DNA of 64,000 bases. Source: Candidatus Altiarchaeota archaeon (GTDB lineage Archaea; Altiarchaeota; Altiarchaeia; IMC4; QMZM01). Under the pieces are notes generated by a model that was given only the letters and a program-made list of their open reading frames with translations, was not told where the DNA came from and searched no databases. The stretch spans positions 9,726 through 73,725 of the forward strand of contig JAYEGX010000055.1 of NCBI GenBank assembly GCA_034659295.1. Direction: 5' to 3'. The position numbers and the translations under genes were made by a program. Below, piece by piece: positions 1-9,942 of the stretch (positions are counted from its first letter, which is position 1; each line of letters starts with the position of its first letter).

Positions 1-2015
1 AAGATAACCAAAACAGAAGCAGCGTGCATATAGAAAGCCCATTTCCCTCTCTGCCTTGAGTGTATCTCTTCTATTTTATCCAACAGTTCATCACACCCGT
101 AAATGCCTTCCTTATCATCTAACTCCACGTAGATTTCTTTAGCCAGTTCAAGATAGGTGGTTGCGTTGACGTAATCCTTCGAATCAAGATACTCACCCCC
201 AGTAGTCAGGTAACTTTGCGCCTGCCGGTGCTTAACTGACACATTGATTATATGCTCCGCCCGTCTTGATTCATTCAAATAGCCGATAGAACAAAAATCA
301 TCTCTAGCTGCCCTGGCATACACTGTAGCGTTTTCGTAGAACCCTTCCTTAAGAAAGGATTCCGCCTTCTTAAGGTTTACATCCGCATCAATCAAGGTTT
401 TTGCCTTAAAGATAACCTTAAGCGTGCGCTCAACCCCGGAGGTTTCGTTCAGTTTGGAGTATATGTATTGAGACTCTTGTGCGTAAAGTATCGAGTTCTC
501 GTAGTCCTGGGATTCCAGATGCTGCAGTGAGGATTTGTAGAGTGTATCTGCGTAGCGACTCCATGATTTCCTGATATCCTGCACCAGATCATCCGCCCTC
601 AGAATCCCACTCCTGTCGTCCGCATCAAAGAATAGGTCTAATGATATCTCTGCATACGATAATGCGGTATTATATCTCCCGTCTCCCATATGATCGAGTG
701 CATCATTATAGAATTTCTCCGCCTTCAGGCTCTTGTTTTCGGGGGGGGTATAGCTCTCGCACTCGTTTATTATGAGATGGCATCTTAGGGTTCCCTCATC
801 GAATCCAATATCCATGAATAAATCACGGCACCTTCTGGCATACTCCAGGGCTTTCGCGCAGTTCCCTTCAGTGAGGTAGTAGGCTCTGGCATTCTCGAAA
901 AAGTATTGCCCGTCCCTGTAGACAGTGAATTCAGGGTTTATTTCATAGAGATAAAGGCTGCTGCTGGTTGCTACAGCAAGATATTTCGAAACACCCCCGA
1001 AAGAGTAGACATAAACTGCATTAATGTGATCCCCCAATACAGTCTCAACCCTGAGATTTCCTACCTCATCCAATGAATAGATTACCTTGTTTGTTACTAT
1101 GAGGGTGCGGGCGAACTTATCGCTACCGAACCTCAGGATGGATGAATCCACTAAACCATCCAGCTCCTCCTCATGGAGGGTTTTCATGTTCCGGTCAAAC
1201 AACAGGAAGGTGTCGTCTTCTCTTAAGGCAACAATCTCGTCCAATCCGTCATTGTTCACGTCACCTGAATCCACCTTAAAAATCCGCTGGTTTGTTTTCA
1301 GTAAAGATTTGACTACACCGCCCTTTATGGTATAGACCCCCTTGAAGGTTCCAAAGACCGCCCCCTCCAGCGTGTTCTCTTGCTTGAGGGCCATATCCCA
1401 CACCGCCCCGTCAAACACGTACTCATCAACTAGGCTGCCATATCTATCCAGCACGTAGACGCTCGAGTCAAGGGATGCCACAACCGCCTTCCTGTTAATA
1501 AAGAGTATGTCTGATGGTATGTCACCCATTAGATAATCCCACCGGTATTTTGTATCATATTTAGTTACTACCGAGCCTTCCATCTCGAAGTAATACACCC
1601 GCTCCTCAACAAAGCTGGTGCCCTTCATGCTTGAGCCGGCTATTATATCCAGGTTGCTGTCGCCGTCGAAGTCTCCTGGCATGAAATACATAATCTTTTC
1701 CTTAGCGTGTCTCTGGGGGGCGCCGCAGCCTATCATCTTCCTCTGGGCTATCTTGTCCACCCATGTCTTATACTCCAGGTTACCGTCCAGGTTTATTGCA
1801 TAGATATAGCTTCTGACAACATCAAAACTTGAAGCATATACCTCCACAACCCCGTCGTGATTGAAGTCGTAGATGTAGACATCATCCGATTGAATTGGTG
1901 CAGCCCACTTCAGCTTCAGGAGAGGATACTGTTCCACATAATCCTGGGAGGTGCATTGACAAGAAAGAAACAGTATAGTAAATAAAAAAACTAAGCACCT
2001 CCTAAAGTACATCAT
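1..2015 (-). CDS. Secreted/membrane-anchored protein with FG-GAP-like (beta-propeller) repeats followed by TPR-like helical repeats; 3' end runs off the window
   Basis: Not in ORF track (no stop in window). Manual translation from ATG at 2015/2012 gives the signal-like MMYFRRCLVFLFTILFLSCQC and DxxxDG repeats YDFNHDGVVE, DFDGDSNLD, GDVNNDGLDEI. The same frame ends in hydrophobic WAFYMHAASVLVI at the window edge. Confidence 0.75.
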   Translation of the reverse strand, partial: MMYFRRCLVFLFTILFLSCQCTSQDYVEQYPLLKLKWAAPIQSDDVYIYDFNHDGVVEVYASSFDVVRSYIYAINLDGNLEYKTWVDKIAQRKMIGCGAPQRHAKEKIMYFMPGDFDGDSNLDIIAGSSMKGTSFVEERVYYFEMEGSVVTKYDTKYRWDYLMGDIPSDILFINRKAVVASLDSSVYVLDRYGSLVDEYVFDGAVWDMALKQENTLEGAVFGTFKGVYTIKGGVVKSLLKTNQRIFKVDSGDVNNDGLDEIVALREDDTFLLFDRNMKTLHEEELDGLVDSSILRFGSDKFARTLIVTNKVIYSLDEVGNLRVETVLGDHINAVYVYSFGGVSKYLAVATSSSLYLYEINPEFTVYRDGQYFFENARAYYLTEGNCAKALEYARRCRDLFMDIGFDEGTLRCHLIINECESYTPPENKSLKAEKFYNDALDHMGDGRYNTALSYAEISLDLFFDADDRSGILRADDLVQDIRKSWSRYADTLYKSSLQHLESQDYENSILYAQESQYIYSKLNETSGVERTLKVIFKAKTLIDADVNLKKAESFLKEGFYENATVYARAARDDFCSIGYLNESRRAEHIINVSVKHRQAQSYLTTGGEYLDSKDYVNATTYLELAKEIYVELDDKEGIYGCDELLDKIEEIHSRQRGKWAFYMHAASVLVI

Positions 2016-2024
2016 TTTTGTTTT

Positions 2025-2411
2025 TTAGAGCTGAATGATTTTCCGCTGGCCTAGAGCGCCCATAACCAACACATCATTACCCTGTGAGAGCTCTCCCTTA
2101 TAATCTTGCGGCACAGGCAGCTCAAAGGTTTCATAGGATGTCATATCCATCAACTGAACAGTCCCTCCCAGCACATTAAGCACCTGACATGTGTCTTTGC
2201 TGATTATGGGTATCTCCACCTTCTGACTTACCGGGCCCATTATGTTCCTCTTCTGGTCATCAAATAAGCCCACAGCCTCCAACCGAGCCTTCATCCCACC
2301 GTGTTTACCGGGCTTGGACTTGGTTATCTTTGACACCCTGCAAGCCTCTCCGTCAATTATCACGTATTTACCTTCCTTCAAGTCCTTTATGATACCAATC
2401 TGCTTACTCAT
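2025..2411 (-). CDS. eif5a: Translation factor aIF-5A
   Basis: KPGKHG hypusination loop, 128 aa, typical aIF-5A N-terminus (LKEGKYVIIDGEACRV). Confidence 0.97.
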   Translation of the reverse strand: MSKQIGIIKDLKEGKYVIIDGEACRVSKITKSKPGKHGGMKARLEAVGLFDDQKRNIMGPVSQKVEIPIISKDTCQVLNVLGGTVQLMDMTSYETFELPVPQDYKGELSQGNDVLVMGALGQRKIIQL

Positions 2412-2475
2412 TTTCTTACATCAACAAAATAAAAGAATATATTAATAATATGAATAGAGAATAAAATAGATTAAT

Positions 2476-5400
2476 ATGGAGGGAAAAATATTCTACACTC
2501 TATTAACAGTCACGTTAATACTAGTAAACGGGTGCATGGAGCCAGGTGAAACAACCACTACAAACCCGGGCACATCCACAACAACTACTTTTTATATAAC
2601 GGATAATGAAACAGAGGCAAAACATTACGCTGTGAGGCTCTGGTTTGGCGGCTATGCTCCCTCAGATGATTACCTGGATTCTATCGCAGAACGATATGAT
2701 TACGGTATGATATCCCCTAATCCTGAATTAATAAATGCCTTATTAAGCCGCAACCCTGATATGAAATTACTTCTCTACACTGACCCGGTCTTTACCCAAC
2801 CCTCCATCAACTATCCTGAAGATTATTATGCTCATAGCAGCCAATCCACCAATTACAACAACAGGGTGATAAATGAGAGATACGGAACCTACCTGATGGA
2901 TATCTCCTCAAGAGGGTGGAGGAATGAAGTAGCTGAAAGCGCTAAGGAAGATGTTAATAATTATGGGTATTACGGTGTGATGGCTGATGACTGCGGACCG
3001 GATATAACAGGTAGGGTTGATTTCCTCCCTGATAATTACGATGCTTTGGTTTGGAGAACAGAGGTGAGGGATATGTTGTCTGTTATAAACGACCGGCTTG
3101 ATTGCCTCCTGGTATTCAACGGCATATACAATGATCCAGATTACTCAGGCAGAGACCTGCTTGAAGTGACAGATGGGGGGGCGAGAGAGGGTTTTGTTTT
3201 TCATTTAGGGTCTGGGGAATTCTTGCCTGAAAAACACTGGAGGATTCTTCTGAACTGGATTATTGAAGACACAGAAAAAGAGTGCCATATTGCTTGCGCG
3301 AAACTCAGGAAAAAGACCGGGGAAGAATTCTCGGTTGATGAAAGGATGTTTGCCTTCACATCATACCTTCTTGTCAGAAATGAGCATGTGGTATACATGG
3401 TGGAGGACTGGGGGTTGGTCACGGGGATTGATGAAACATTAGTTCAATATTACCCGGAAATGGATATTGATCTGGGAGCCCCACTAGAAACATGTACGCA
3501 AGTAGAGGCTTGTTTAAATAAAGAATCGGGTTTATATGAAAGAAAATTCGAGAAAGGGAGGGTTTTTGTTAATCCGTCGAACAAGCCTGTTGAATACATT
3601 CTCGGTAAAAAATATTTCGTGGTTGTTCCAAAAGGCGGGGGTGTGCTAGAGGACGATGGAACATATGGCGGAACCTTAGGTAGTCAGGAAGTAAGCAAGA
3701 TAACTGTTCCATCGCAAAGCGGGGTAGTTGTTCTCAAGACCTCTACTATTAAACCTGTCTGCGTTAATAGCCTTGATTGTCCCTCCCAAATGAAATGTGA
3801 AAACTCTGTTTGTATCGATGTGGGTTGTATAGAAGAAGGCGGAACAGGTCCGTCTGCTGGAATCAATCCGGAGTGGTTAGACCACCTGCCAACAGAATGT
3901 TGCGAGAGCTTAAAATCGATAACTAACCCTGGATTATACAATAAAAATTGTGATTTTAGGCCAATACCGGGAGCCCCATCAAAAGTCTGCGCCAATTGCG
4001 GCAATGAACAATGCGGGAAAGGAGAAACAGGATGTAATTGCCCAGGGGATTGTAATTTCAAGATAAAGCCGGCTCTGGTTATCTGGTCTGGAACGTCGCT
4101 TTCCGAAGCTCAGTTACAATTCGCAGCAAACAACTACTGTTCTATTCAGATAGGAAAAGACTTCATAGATGAACCTATTTATGCGGATTTGCGCAGATAT
4201 AACTCAGATGTTTTGTTATTAGGTTATATCAATTCCAGGCATGTGAAACCCGGGAACTATCGGCATCTGGAATGTGAAGAGGATGAAGCGCTCTTTGCAC
4301 ATGATGATGGCGGCAGAAGAATACGGAATCTTGATTTTGATAATTACCTTATGGACATCCATAATCCAGACTGGACAGCTAAAATTATGGAATGGGTAAA
4401 TGAACACCCCCCTGATGCTAACGGAATAATGTTGGATTCCGCCCATCCTACTTTATATGAATCAGGTTATTCAAGCCTGCCGGCGGGATATGACCCATGC
4501 CAATATGCCTTAAGCATGGAAAAACTCTTTGCTAACGTGTCTGCTAACACCAATCTCTTGATTACATTCAACGGATTAAGTAAAGGCATTATGTGCGGCG
4601 AAGATGTGTGTCAGGAGTGTGGTAATTATGTCGGGGATGTTGATGGAGGAGGCGTTGAAGGCTTTGTCTTTAGAAAAGTTCCGCAAGATGTTGATGTAGG
4701 TTGTTTATATAACAACGTCAATGCCATAATAAAGACGGGTAAATTAGGTAAAATGTCAAATGCGTACACGAGATATGATATGAACGACATACCCAAAAGA
4801 ACATTTGCTTTCGCAGCTTATATGTTGGGCATGAATGAATACTCTTCTTATGCTTTTACTGATATGAAGCATGAATTTTCAGATCCTCTGCAGTATTATC
4901 CTGAATATGGTATCGACTTGGGCGCTCCTCTTGACTTCCCAAGTGATGTTAAGGAGCTGTTACAAGGCAATCTAGCTGTTCGGAATTTCGAGAAGGGAAA
5001 GGTTATTGTTAATCCATTTAATACTGCAGGAGAAATCCAGGCTCCGCAGGGGTATAAAAAAATTATCCCTCATGGCGGAGGCTTGGTAGACATCAACGGC
5101 AAGTATGACGGCTACCTTGAATACCAAGAAGTCCCAGCCGGAACCTTAACTGTTTCCGCTAAAACAGCTGTAATACTTGTCAAAGAATCAAGAGAACCAA
5201 CAGTCTGCGGCAACGGAATCTGTGAGGAAGGGGAAACAAACGCCAACTGCCCAGGGGATTGTAAAACAGGCAACATTTCATGGTTATCTGTTTCAGGAGA
5301 GAAAATAGTTGATGAAAAAGGAGATGAGATGAAGCTACGGGGAGTCCATTATGACGCCTTTTATGTAATACCTAAACAAATCTATTTTGCATCTAAACAA

Positions 5401-6435
5401 AACAAAGAGAAGATTGATGGATACAACACTGAACTTTCAAAGTATTTTTTTAACGAGTATGATATCAAAGAAATTGGAGACATCAATGCAAACGTAATAA
5501 GGCTTGAACTTAGGTTGTGGGAAATAGAGAAGGAACCGTATGTATACAGCCAGGAATCTTTAAGGCATTTGGATGACACTATAGCGAAATTCAGGGAAAA
5601 TGGAATATATGTGATTCTTGATTTACACGCAGCAGGCCAGAACAGATTAACTCACAATAATGAATATGGGGATATTTTATGGGAGGATGATGAGCTTCAA
5701 AACAGGGTTGCGGCTTTGTGGGGTGTTCTCGCAGAGCGTTATAAAAATAATCCCTATGTTGCCGGCTATGACCTAATAAACGAACCCCAGGCTCCGACCA
5801 AAGAAACGCTCCACAATTTTTACCAAAAGGTTATTGATGAAATCAGAGAAAAAGACAAGAAACATATTTTGTTTATTGAATGGAATTTGTATAAAACAGA
5901 AGACATTCTCTTCGGAGGCGAATATGATGACCCCAATATTGTTTTAAGTGTTCATTTCTACAGACCCTCTGAATTCACAAATCAGGGCCTGCACGATTTG
6001 CCTGTTGGGCAAAAATATCCCGGCACTTATCACGGAGTATACTGGGATAAGGATAGAATTGATAATTATTTTACTGAAATTCTTGATAACGAGATTGTGA
6101 AAGGAAAACCATTATTTGTCGGTGAATTCTCGACAAATATAGTGGACGGCGGCGAAGATGCCCTTCAGTGGACTGAAGATACATTCGATGTCTTAAACAG
6201 CAAAGACATTCATTATACATTTTTCCTTTACAAGTTTGCCTTTACGCCCTCTTTTGCATACTATCAGCCGGGTGAGCAATTGGGCAACCAAATTAAGGTA
6301 TTAATCAACCAGCTGGTAAGCGGGCAGTTATGTTTTGAAGACTTGAGTGATGAGCAGAAAGAACTTTTCCTTACAGAGAAATATCAATCCCCTCAAGGCC
6401 TCCGGCAGATATTAGAGGAGGGATTTAAAAAATAA
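2476..6435 (+). CDS. Multimodular glycoside hydrolase lipoprotein: two tandem GHL15/GH114-like TIM-barrel domains, Cys-rich linkers and a C-terminal GH5 domain
   Basis: Lipobox-like LVNGC plus Thr-rich linker; internal repeats (YLMDI..GV/IMxD; QYYPE.xIDLGAP; R.FEKG.V.VNP); GH5 motifs VILDLH, GYDLINEP, VHFY, PLFVGEF. Confidence 0.75.
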   Translation: MEGKIFYTLLTVTLILVNGCMEPGETTTTNPGTSTTTTFYITDNETEAKHYAVRLWFGGYAPSDDYLDSIAERYDYGMISPNPELINALLSRNPDMKLLLYTDPVFTQPSINYPEDYYAHSSQSTNYNNRVINERYGTYLMDISSRGWRNEVAESAKEDVNNYGYYGVMADDCGPDITGRVDFLPDNYDALVWRTEVRDMLSVINDRLDCLLVFNGIYNDPDYSGRDLLEVTDGGAREGFVFHLGSGEFLPEKHWRILLNWIIEDTEKECHIACAKLRKKTGEEFSVDERMFAFTSYLLVRNEHVVYMVEDWGLVTGIDETLVQYYPEMDIDLGAPLETCTQVEACLNKESGLYERKFEKGRVFVNPSNKPVEYILGKKYFVVVPKGGGVLEDDGTYGGTLGSQEVSKITVPSQSGVVVLKTSTIKPVCVNSLDCPSQMKCENSVCIDVGCIEEGGTGPSAGINPEWLDHLPTECCESLKSITNPGLYNKNCDFRPIPGAPSKVCANCGNEQCGKGETGCNCPGDCNFKIKPALVIWSGTSLSEAQLQFAANNYCSIQIGKDFIDEPIYADLRRYNSDVLLLGYINSRHVKPGNYRHLECEEDEALFAHDDGGRRIRNLDFDNYLMDIHNPDWTAKIMEWVNEHPPDANGIMLDSAHPTLYESGYSSLPAGYDPCQYALSMEKLFANVSANTNLLITFNGLSKGIMCGEDVCQECGNYVGDVDGGGVEGFVFRKVPQDVDVGCLYNNVNAIIKTGKLGKMSNAYTRYDMNDIPKRTFAFAAYMLGMNEYSSYAFTDMKHEFSDPLQYYPEYGIDLGAPLDFPSDVKELLQGNLAVRNFEKGKVIVNPFNTAGEIQAPQGYKKIIPHGGGLVDINGKYDGYLEYQEVPAGTLTVSAKTAVILVKESREPTVCGNGICEEGETNANCPGDCKTGNISWLSVSGEKIVDEKGDEMKLRGVHYDAFYVIPKQIYFASKQNKEKIDGYNTELSKYFFNEYDIKEIGDINANVIRLELRLWEIEKEPYVYSQESLRHLDDTIAKFRENGIYVILDLHAAGQNRLTHNNEYGDILWEDDELQNRVAALWGVLAERYKNNPYVAGYDLINEPQAPTKETLHNFYQKVIDEIREKDKKHILFIEWNLYKTEDILFGGEYDDPNIVLSVHFYRPSEFTNQGLHDLPVGQKYPGTYHGVYWDKDRIDNYFTEILDNEIVKGKPLFVGEFSTNIVDGGEDALQWTEDTFDVLNSKDIHYTFFLYKFAFTPSFAYYQPGEQLGNQIKVLINQLVSGQLCFEDLSDEQKELFLTEKYQSPQGLRQILEEGFKK

Positions 6436-6460
6436 ATAGAAAACGTTTATTTAGATTAAC

Positions 6461-8608
6461 ATGGCTCAATTAAACAAAAAAGTATTTGGTTTATTGTTGA
6501 TTATTGCTGTGGTCATGTTTTGTTCAGGTTGTGTGAAAAATAGATCGCAGACGCCAACAGAAACCACTCAGCCCCCGTCAACAAAACATACTCTTGGCCC
6601 AGGTGATTACAGGTTCACAATCGAACATCAGGGAATGGAAAGATTTTATTTAATGCATGTTCCAAAGGGTTATGATAGTTCCATCCGAAATCCATTAATT
6701 CTTGCTTTCCACGGAGGGCTTGGAAATGGGAAGATTATGAGTGAACACTATAATTTCATAAAAGAATCAGATAATGAAGGATTCATTGTTGTTTTTCCAA
6801 GCGGGGCTAGCAGGTTTAAGGATAAACTTGCAACATGGAATGCAGGCGTATGCTGCGGGTATGCAGTTAAAAGCGGTAGTGATGATGTTGGTTTTGTGAA
6901 AAAAATCCTGAAAGATGTTGAAAATAAATTCAGTATTGATGAAAACAGGATTTACGCAACAGGGATGTCAAATGGCGGGATGTTCTCATACAGGCTCGCT
7001 TGTGAAATGAGTGATGACTTTGCCGCAATCGCATCTGTTGCCGGAACCAAAAACACCATCTCATGCAATCCCTCAAGACCCGTACCTGTTCTGCATATCC
7101 ATGCCGTAGATGACGACCATGTTTTATTTGAAGGCGGGTGCGGTCCAGGCGGTACTACCGGTGTTGATTATAGTTCAGTGCCTGAAACAATAGAGTGGTG
7201 GGCTGAAAAGAATAAATGCGCAAGGGATAAAGTAAGGGTTTTTGAAAACAACGGAGCGTACTGTGATTCCTACAGTGATTGCGCAAAGGATAGTGAAGTT
7301 AGATTATGTGTTACAAGCGAGGGAGGGCATTCATGGCCAGGAGGACAGAAACCAAGACCAGAAGCAGACACCCCATCAACTGCTGTTAATGCAACAGAAA
7401 TGATCTGGGAGTTTTTCAAAAAGCATCCGATGAAGAGACTCCAACGGAACGTAGACGATTTCAGAACACTCAAAAAAGGAATGAGCTATGATGAGATGGT
7501 AGCCCTTGTTGGAGAGTCCGATAGAGACATAGGGTCAGGCATCCATATCTATCTCTATGAACTATCTGATAAATCTGAAATTATTGTGGGGGGATTTGTG
7601 GGCAGCGGGTTAATGTACGTCAAACAAAAAATTTCTAATGGCACGTATGCGGATATCATAGGATTTGGTCCCGGAGATTACGACTTTTCTTTAGATCATG
7701 ATGGATTAACGAGAAAATATATTGTTCATGTCCCTCACTCCTATGATAATAAAACCCCAACCCCCGCTGTAATAGCCTTTCATGGCGGGGGCGGAAACGC
7801 TGAACGCAGTGTCGAGTATTTTCGATTAAATGATAAATCCGATGAAGAAGGATTTATTGTTGTGTACCCTGAAGGAACTGGGAAAATTGTCAAGGGGGAA
7901 GTGTTTGGTTCATGGAACGCCGGCAGATGCTGTCCTCCCGCAGCGGACAATAATGTTGATGACGTAGGGTTTATTAGAAAGATGATTGAGAAACTAGATG
8001 AAGATTTCAGTATTGATGAAGGCAGGGTTTACGCTACCGGAATGTCCAACGGGGCGCTTATGTCTTATAAACTGGCCTGTGAGCTATCAGATAAGATTGC
8101 TGCAATCGCTCCAAGCGGCGGCCATGACTCGTTTGATGAATGTAACCCATCAAGACCGGTTCCGGTAATGCATTTTCATGGAACCGAAGATCCATGTGCT
8201 TTTTACGAGGGCGGTGAGTGCGGAGGATGCATGTCAGAATTCCTCAGCAAGATGGGGTTACCGGTAAAAACAGGTAAACTATGGGACTGTACTTCAGTGC
8301 CAAACTATATTAACCAATGGAAGCAAATCAACGGATGCTCAGATAAGACAGAGATCACCTTTCAAAATAGAAACGCTACCTGCGTTACCTACCAGGAATG
8401 CCAAGACAATGCGGAAGTAACTTTATGCACAATAGAGGGTATGGGCCATACCTGGCCTGGTCGTACGACGTATAGCGCTGAAGCATGTAAAACACGTCCT
8501 AATGGTTATATGTGCAGGTTGTGGAAGGAGGCAGTGGGAACTCTAAGTGATGACATAAACGCCAACGATGCCATGTGGGAGTTTTTCAAAAAACACCCTG
8601 AAAAGTAA
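6461..8608 (+). CDS. Lipoprotein with two tandem LpqC/PHB-depolymerase-like (CE1-type) alpha/beta-hydrolase domains and a small central BLIP/SmpA-like domain
   Basis: FCSGC lipobox; two copies of AFHGG, WNAG.CC, DDVGF, nucleophile elbow GMSNG, GH(S/T)WPG and WEFFKKHP. Confidence 0.85.
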   Translation: MAQLNKKVFGLLLIIAVVMFCSGCVKNRSQTPTETTQPPSTKHTLGPGDYRFTIEHQGMERFYLMHVPKGYDSSIRNPLILAFHGGLGNGKIMSEHYNFIKESDNEGFIVVFPSGASRFKDKLATWNAGVCCGYAVKSGSDDVGFVKKILKDVENKFSIDENRIYATGMSNGGMFSYRLACEMSDDFAAIASVAGTKNTISCNPSRPVPVLHIHAVDDDHVLFEGGCGPGGTTGVDYSSVPETIEWWAEKNKCARDKVRVFENNGAYCDSYSDCAKDSEVRLCVTSEGGHSWPGGQKPRPEADTPSTAVNATEMIWEFFKKHPMKRLQRNVDDFRTLKKGMSYDEMVALVGESDRDIGSGIHIYLYELSDKSEIIVGGFVGSGLMYVKQKISNGTYADIIGFGPGDYDFSLDHDGLTRKYIVHVPHSYDNKTPTPAVIAFHGGGGNAERSVEYFRLNDKSDEEGFIVVYPEGTGKIVKGEVFGSWNAGRCCPPAADNNVDDVGFIRKMIEKLDEDFSIDEGRVYATGMSNGALMSYKLACELSDKIAAIAPSGGHDSFDECNPSRPVPVMHFHGTEDPCAFYEGGECGGCMSEFLSKMGLPVKTGKLWDCTSVPNYINQWKQINGCSDKTEITFQNRNATCVTYQECQDNAEVTLCTIEGMGHTWPGRTTYSAEACKTRPNGYMCRLWKEAVGTLSDDINANDAMWEFFKKHPEK

Positions 8609-8613
8609 AAACT

Positions 8614-8816
8614 GTTGAGGAAGGTATTGTATTAGTGAATCCAAGCGCTACAGAATCCCATACCGTTAGTCTGGAAAAAGAATATTATAGGGCTGTTCCC
8701 GCAGGCGGGGGCTTGATTCAAGGAGATGGGACATGTGACAGTTCCCTCACCTGTAACACATGAATGATGCGATAATCCTTCAACCAGTAAGCGGGGTTGT
8801 TTTATTATCTGGATGA
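8614..8816 (+). pseudogene. Frameshifted fragment of the C-terminal part of a GHL15-like module, paralogous to the repeats in 2476..6435
   Basis: Translates VEEGIVLVNPSATESHTVSLEKEYYRAVPAGGGLIQGDGTCD..., then after a frameshift MNDAIILQPVSGVVLLSG*. It aligns with FEKGRVFVNPSNKPVEYILGKKYFVVVPKGGGVLEDDGTYG...KITVPSQSGVVVLK. Confidence 0.75.
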
Positions 8817-8858
8817 GAGAGTTTCTTCTTTTAATTCAGGGAATCGAATATTATCTTT

Positions 8859-9338
8859 ATGCCCGATACGAGACCGTCATGGGATGTTTATTTCTCAGAG
8901 ATCACAAGGAAGGTTGCGGCACGCTCAACCTGTACGAAAAGGAGGATTGGAGCAGTCATAGTCAACAGAAAACATGAGATTGTTGCAACAGGATATAATG
9001 GTGTGGTCAGGGGAGCCCCCCATTGCCTGGATATTGGCTGTATCAAAGATGAAAAAAATATAGCAAGCGGTACAGGACATGAGATTTGCCCTGCCGTGCA
9101 CGCTGAACAGAATGCCCTGATACAGGCAGGCAGGAACAGCCTAGACTGCACATTATATGTTAACGCCTTCCCATGCAAGATTTGTGCAAGATTAATTGTT
9201 AACGCGGGCATAAACAGAGTAGTTACCAGCGGCGAATACACCGATAAAGAAGGGCTGGATATACTGAAAAATGCCAGAGTCACCATCACCCACATAAGCT
9301 TAGGGGACAGAAACGATGTTGTTGAAGGTTTGGTTTGA
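8859..9338 (+). CDS. dCMP deaminase (ComEB-like cytidine/deoxycytidylate deaminase family)
   Basis: RPSWDxYF, RSTC, GYNG, HAEQNA and PCxxC zinc motifs. Confidence 0.92.
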   Translation: MPDTRPSWDVYFSEITRKVAARSTCTKRRIGAVIVNRKHEIVATGYNGVVRGAPHCLDIGCIKDEKNIASGTGHEICPAVHAEQNALIQAGRNSLDCTLYVNAFPCKICARLIVNAGINRVVTSGEYTDKEGLDILKNARVTITHISLGDRNDVVEGLV

Positions 9339-9361
9339 TAAAACAAACACTACCAATAGAA

Positions 9362-9395
9362 TACCTAATTATTTGGTAGTTTACCTAATTATTTG
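9362..9395. promoter_or_regulatory. 14-bp direct repeat upstream of the ACT-hom genes; putative operator
   Basis: TACCTAATTATTTG at 9362-9375 and 9382-9395 (20-bp period); the first copy is also a partial palindrome TACC-N9-GGTA. Confidence 0.4.
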
Positions 9396-9447
9396 TTAAA
9401 ATACCAGGCGGGTGTTATTCTTTAACTCCCACTACCTATCTTAAGAT

Positions 9448-9942
9448 ATGAAAGTCGAGATGGAGATGGGTTTAAAGGATGTGCCTGGCAGCCTTCTCAG
9501 ATCAATGGAACCCATCTCAAAACATGGAGGCAACATCCTAAGCGTTCTGCACCATAGAGGTGAAGCTAATCTGGTGAAGGTTAAGATAGTCTTTGAGATA
9601 AAAGACCAGAAAAGCCTGGAATTAATACAGAAGTCTCTGAGAGAGAATAGGATAAACATGTCAGAAATCTTTGTTGAGGGTAGGAGATACTATGAAAAAA
9701 AAACCCTCTCATTCATATTAATAGGTCACGTAATAGACTCGGATATAAGAGATACCATAGACCAAATAAACGAGATAGGCTGCGTCTCGGATGTGGACGT
9801 GGTGATGCCAGATCCCAAAGAGAAATCATCTGTCCTGATGAAGGCAGACGTAGATAACGGAAGCCTTGATAAAGCGGTTACCGTAATAGAAAAACTATGC
9901 AGGGAAAAGAATCTGGCATTTATTCATTCACTACAGCAGTAA
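9448..9942 (+). CDS. ACT-domain protein, allosteric regulator of homoserine dehydrogenase type
   Basis: LKDVPGSL...GGNILSVLH ACT signature and ILIGHVID; adjacent to hom once the IS is removed. Confidence 0.85.
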   Translation: MKVEMEMGLKDVPGSLLRSMEPISKHGGNILSVLHHRGEANLVKVKIVFEIKDQKSLELIQKSLRENRINMSEIFVEGRRYYEKKTLSFILIGHVIDSDIRDTIDQINEIGCVSDVDVVMPDPKEKSSVLMKADVDNGSLDKAVTVIEKLCREKNLAFIHSLQQ

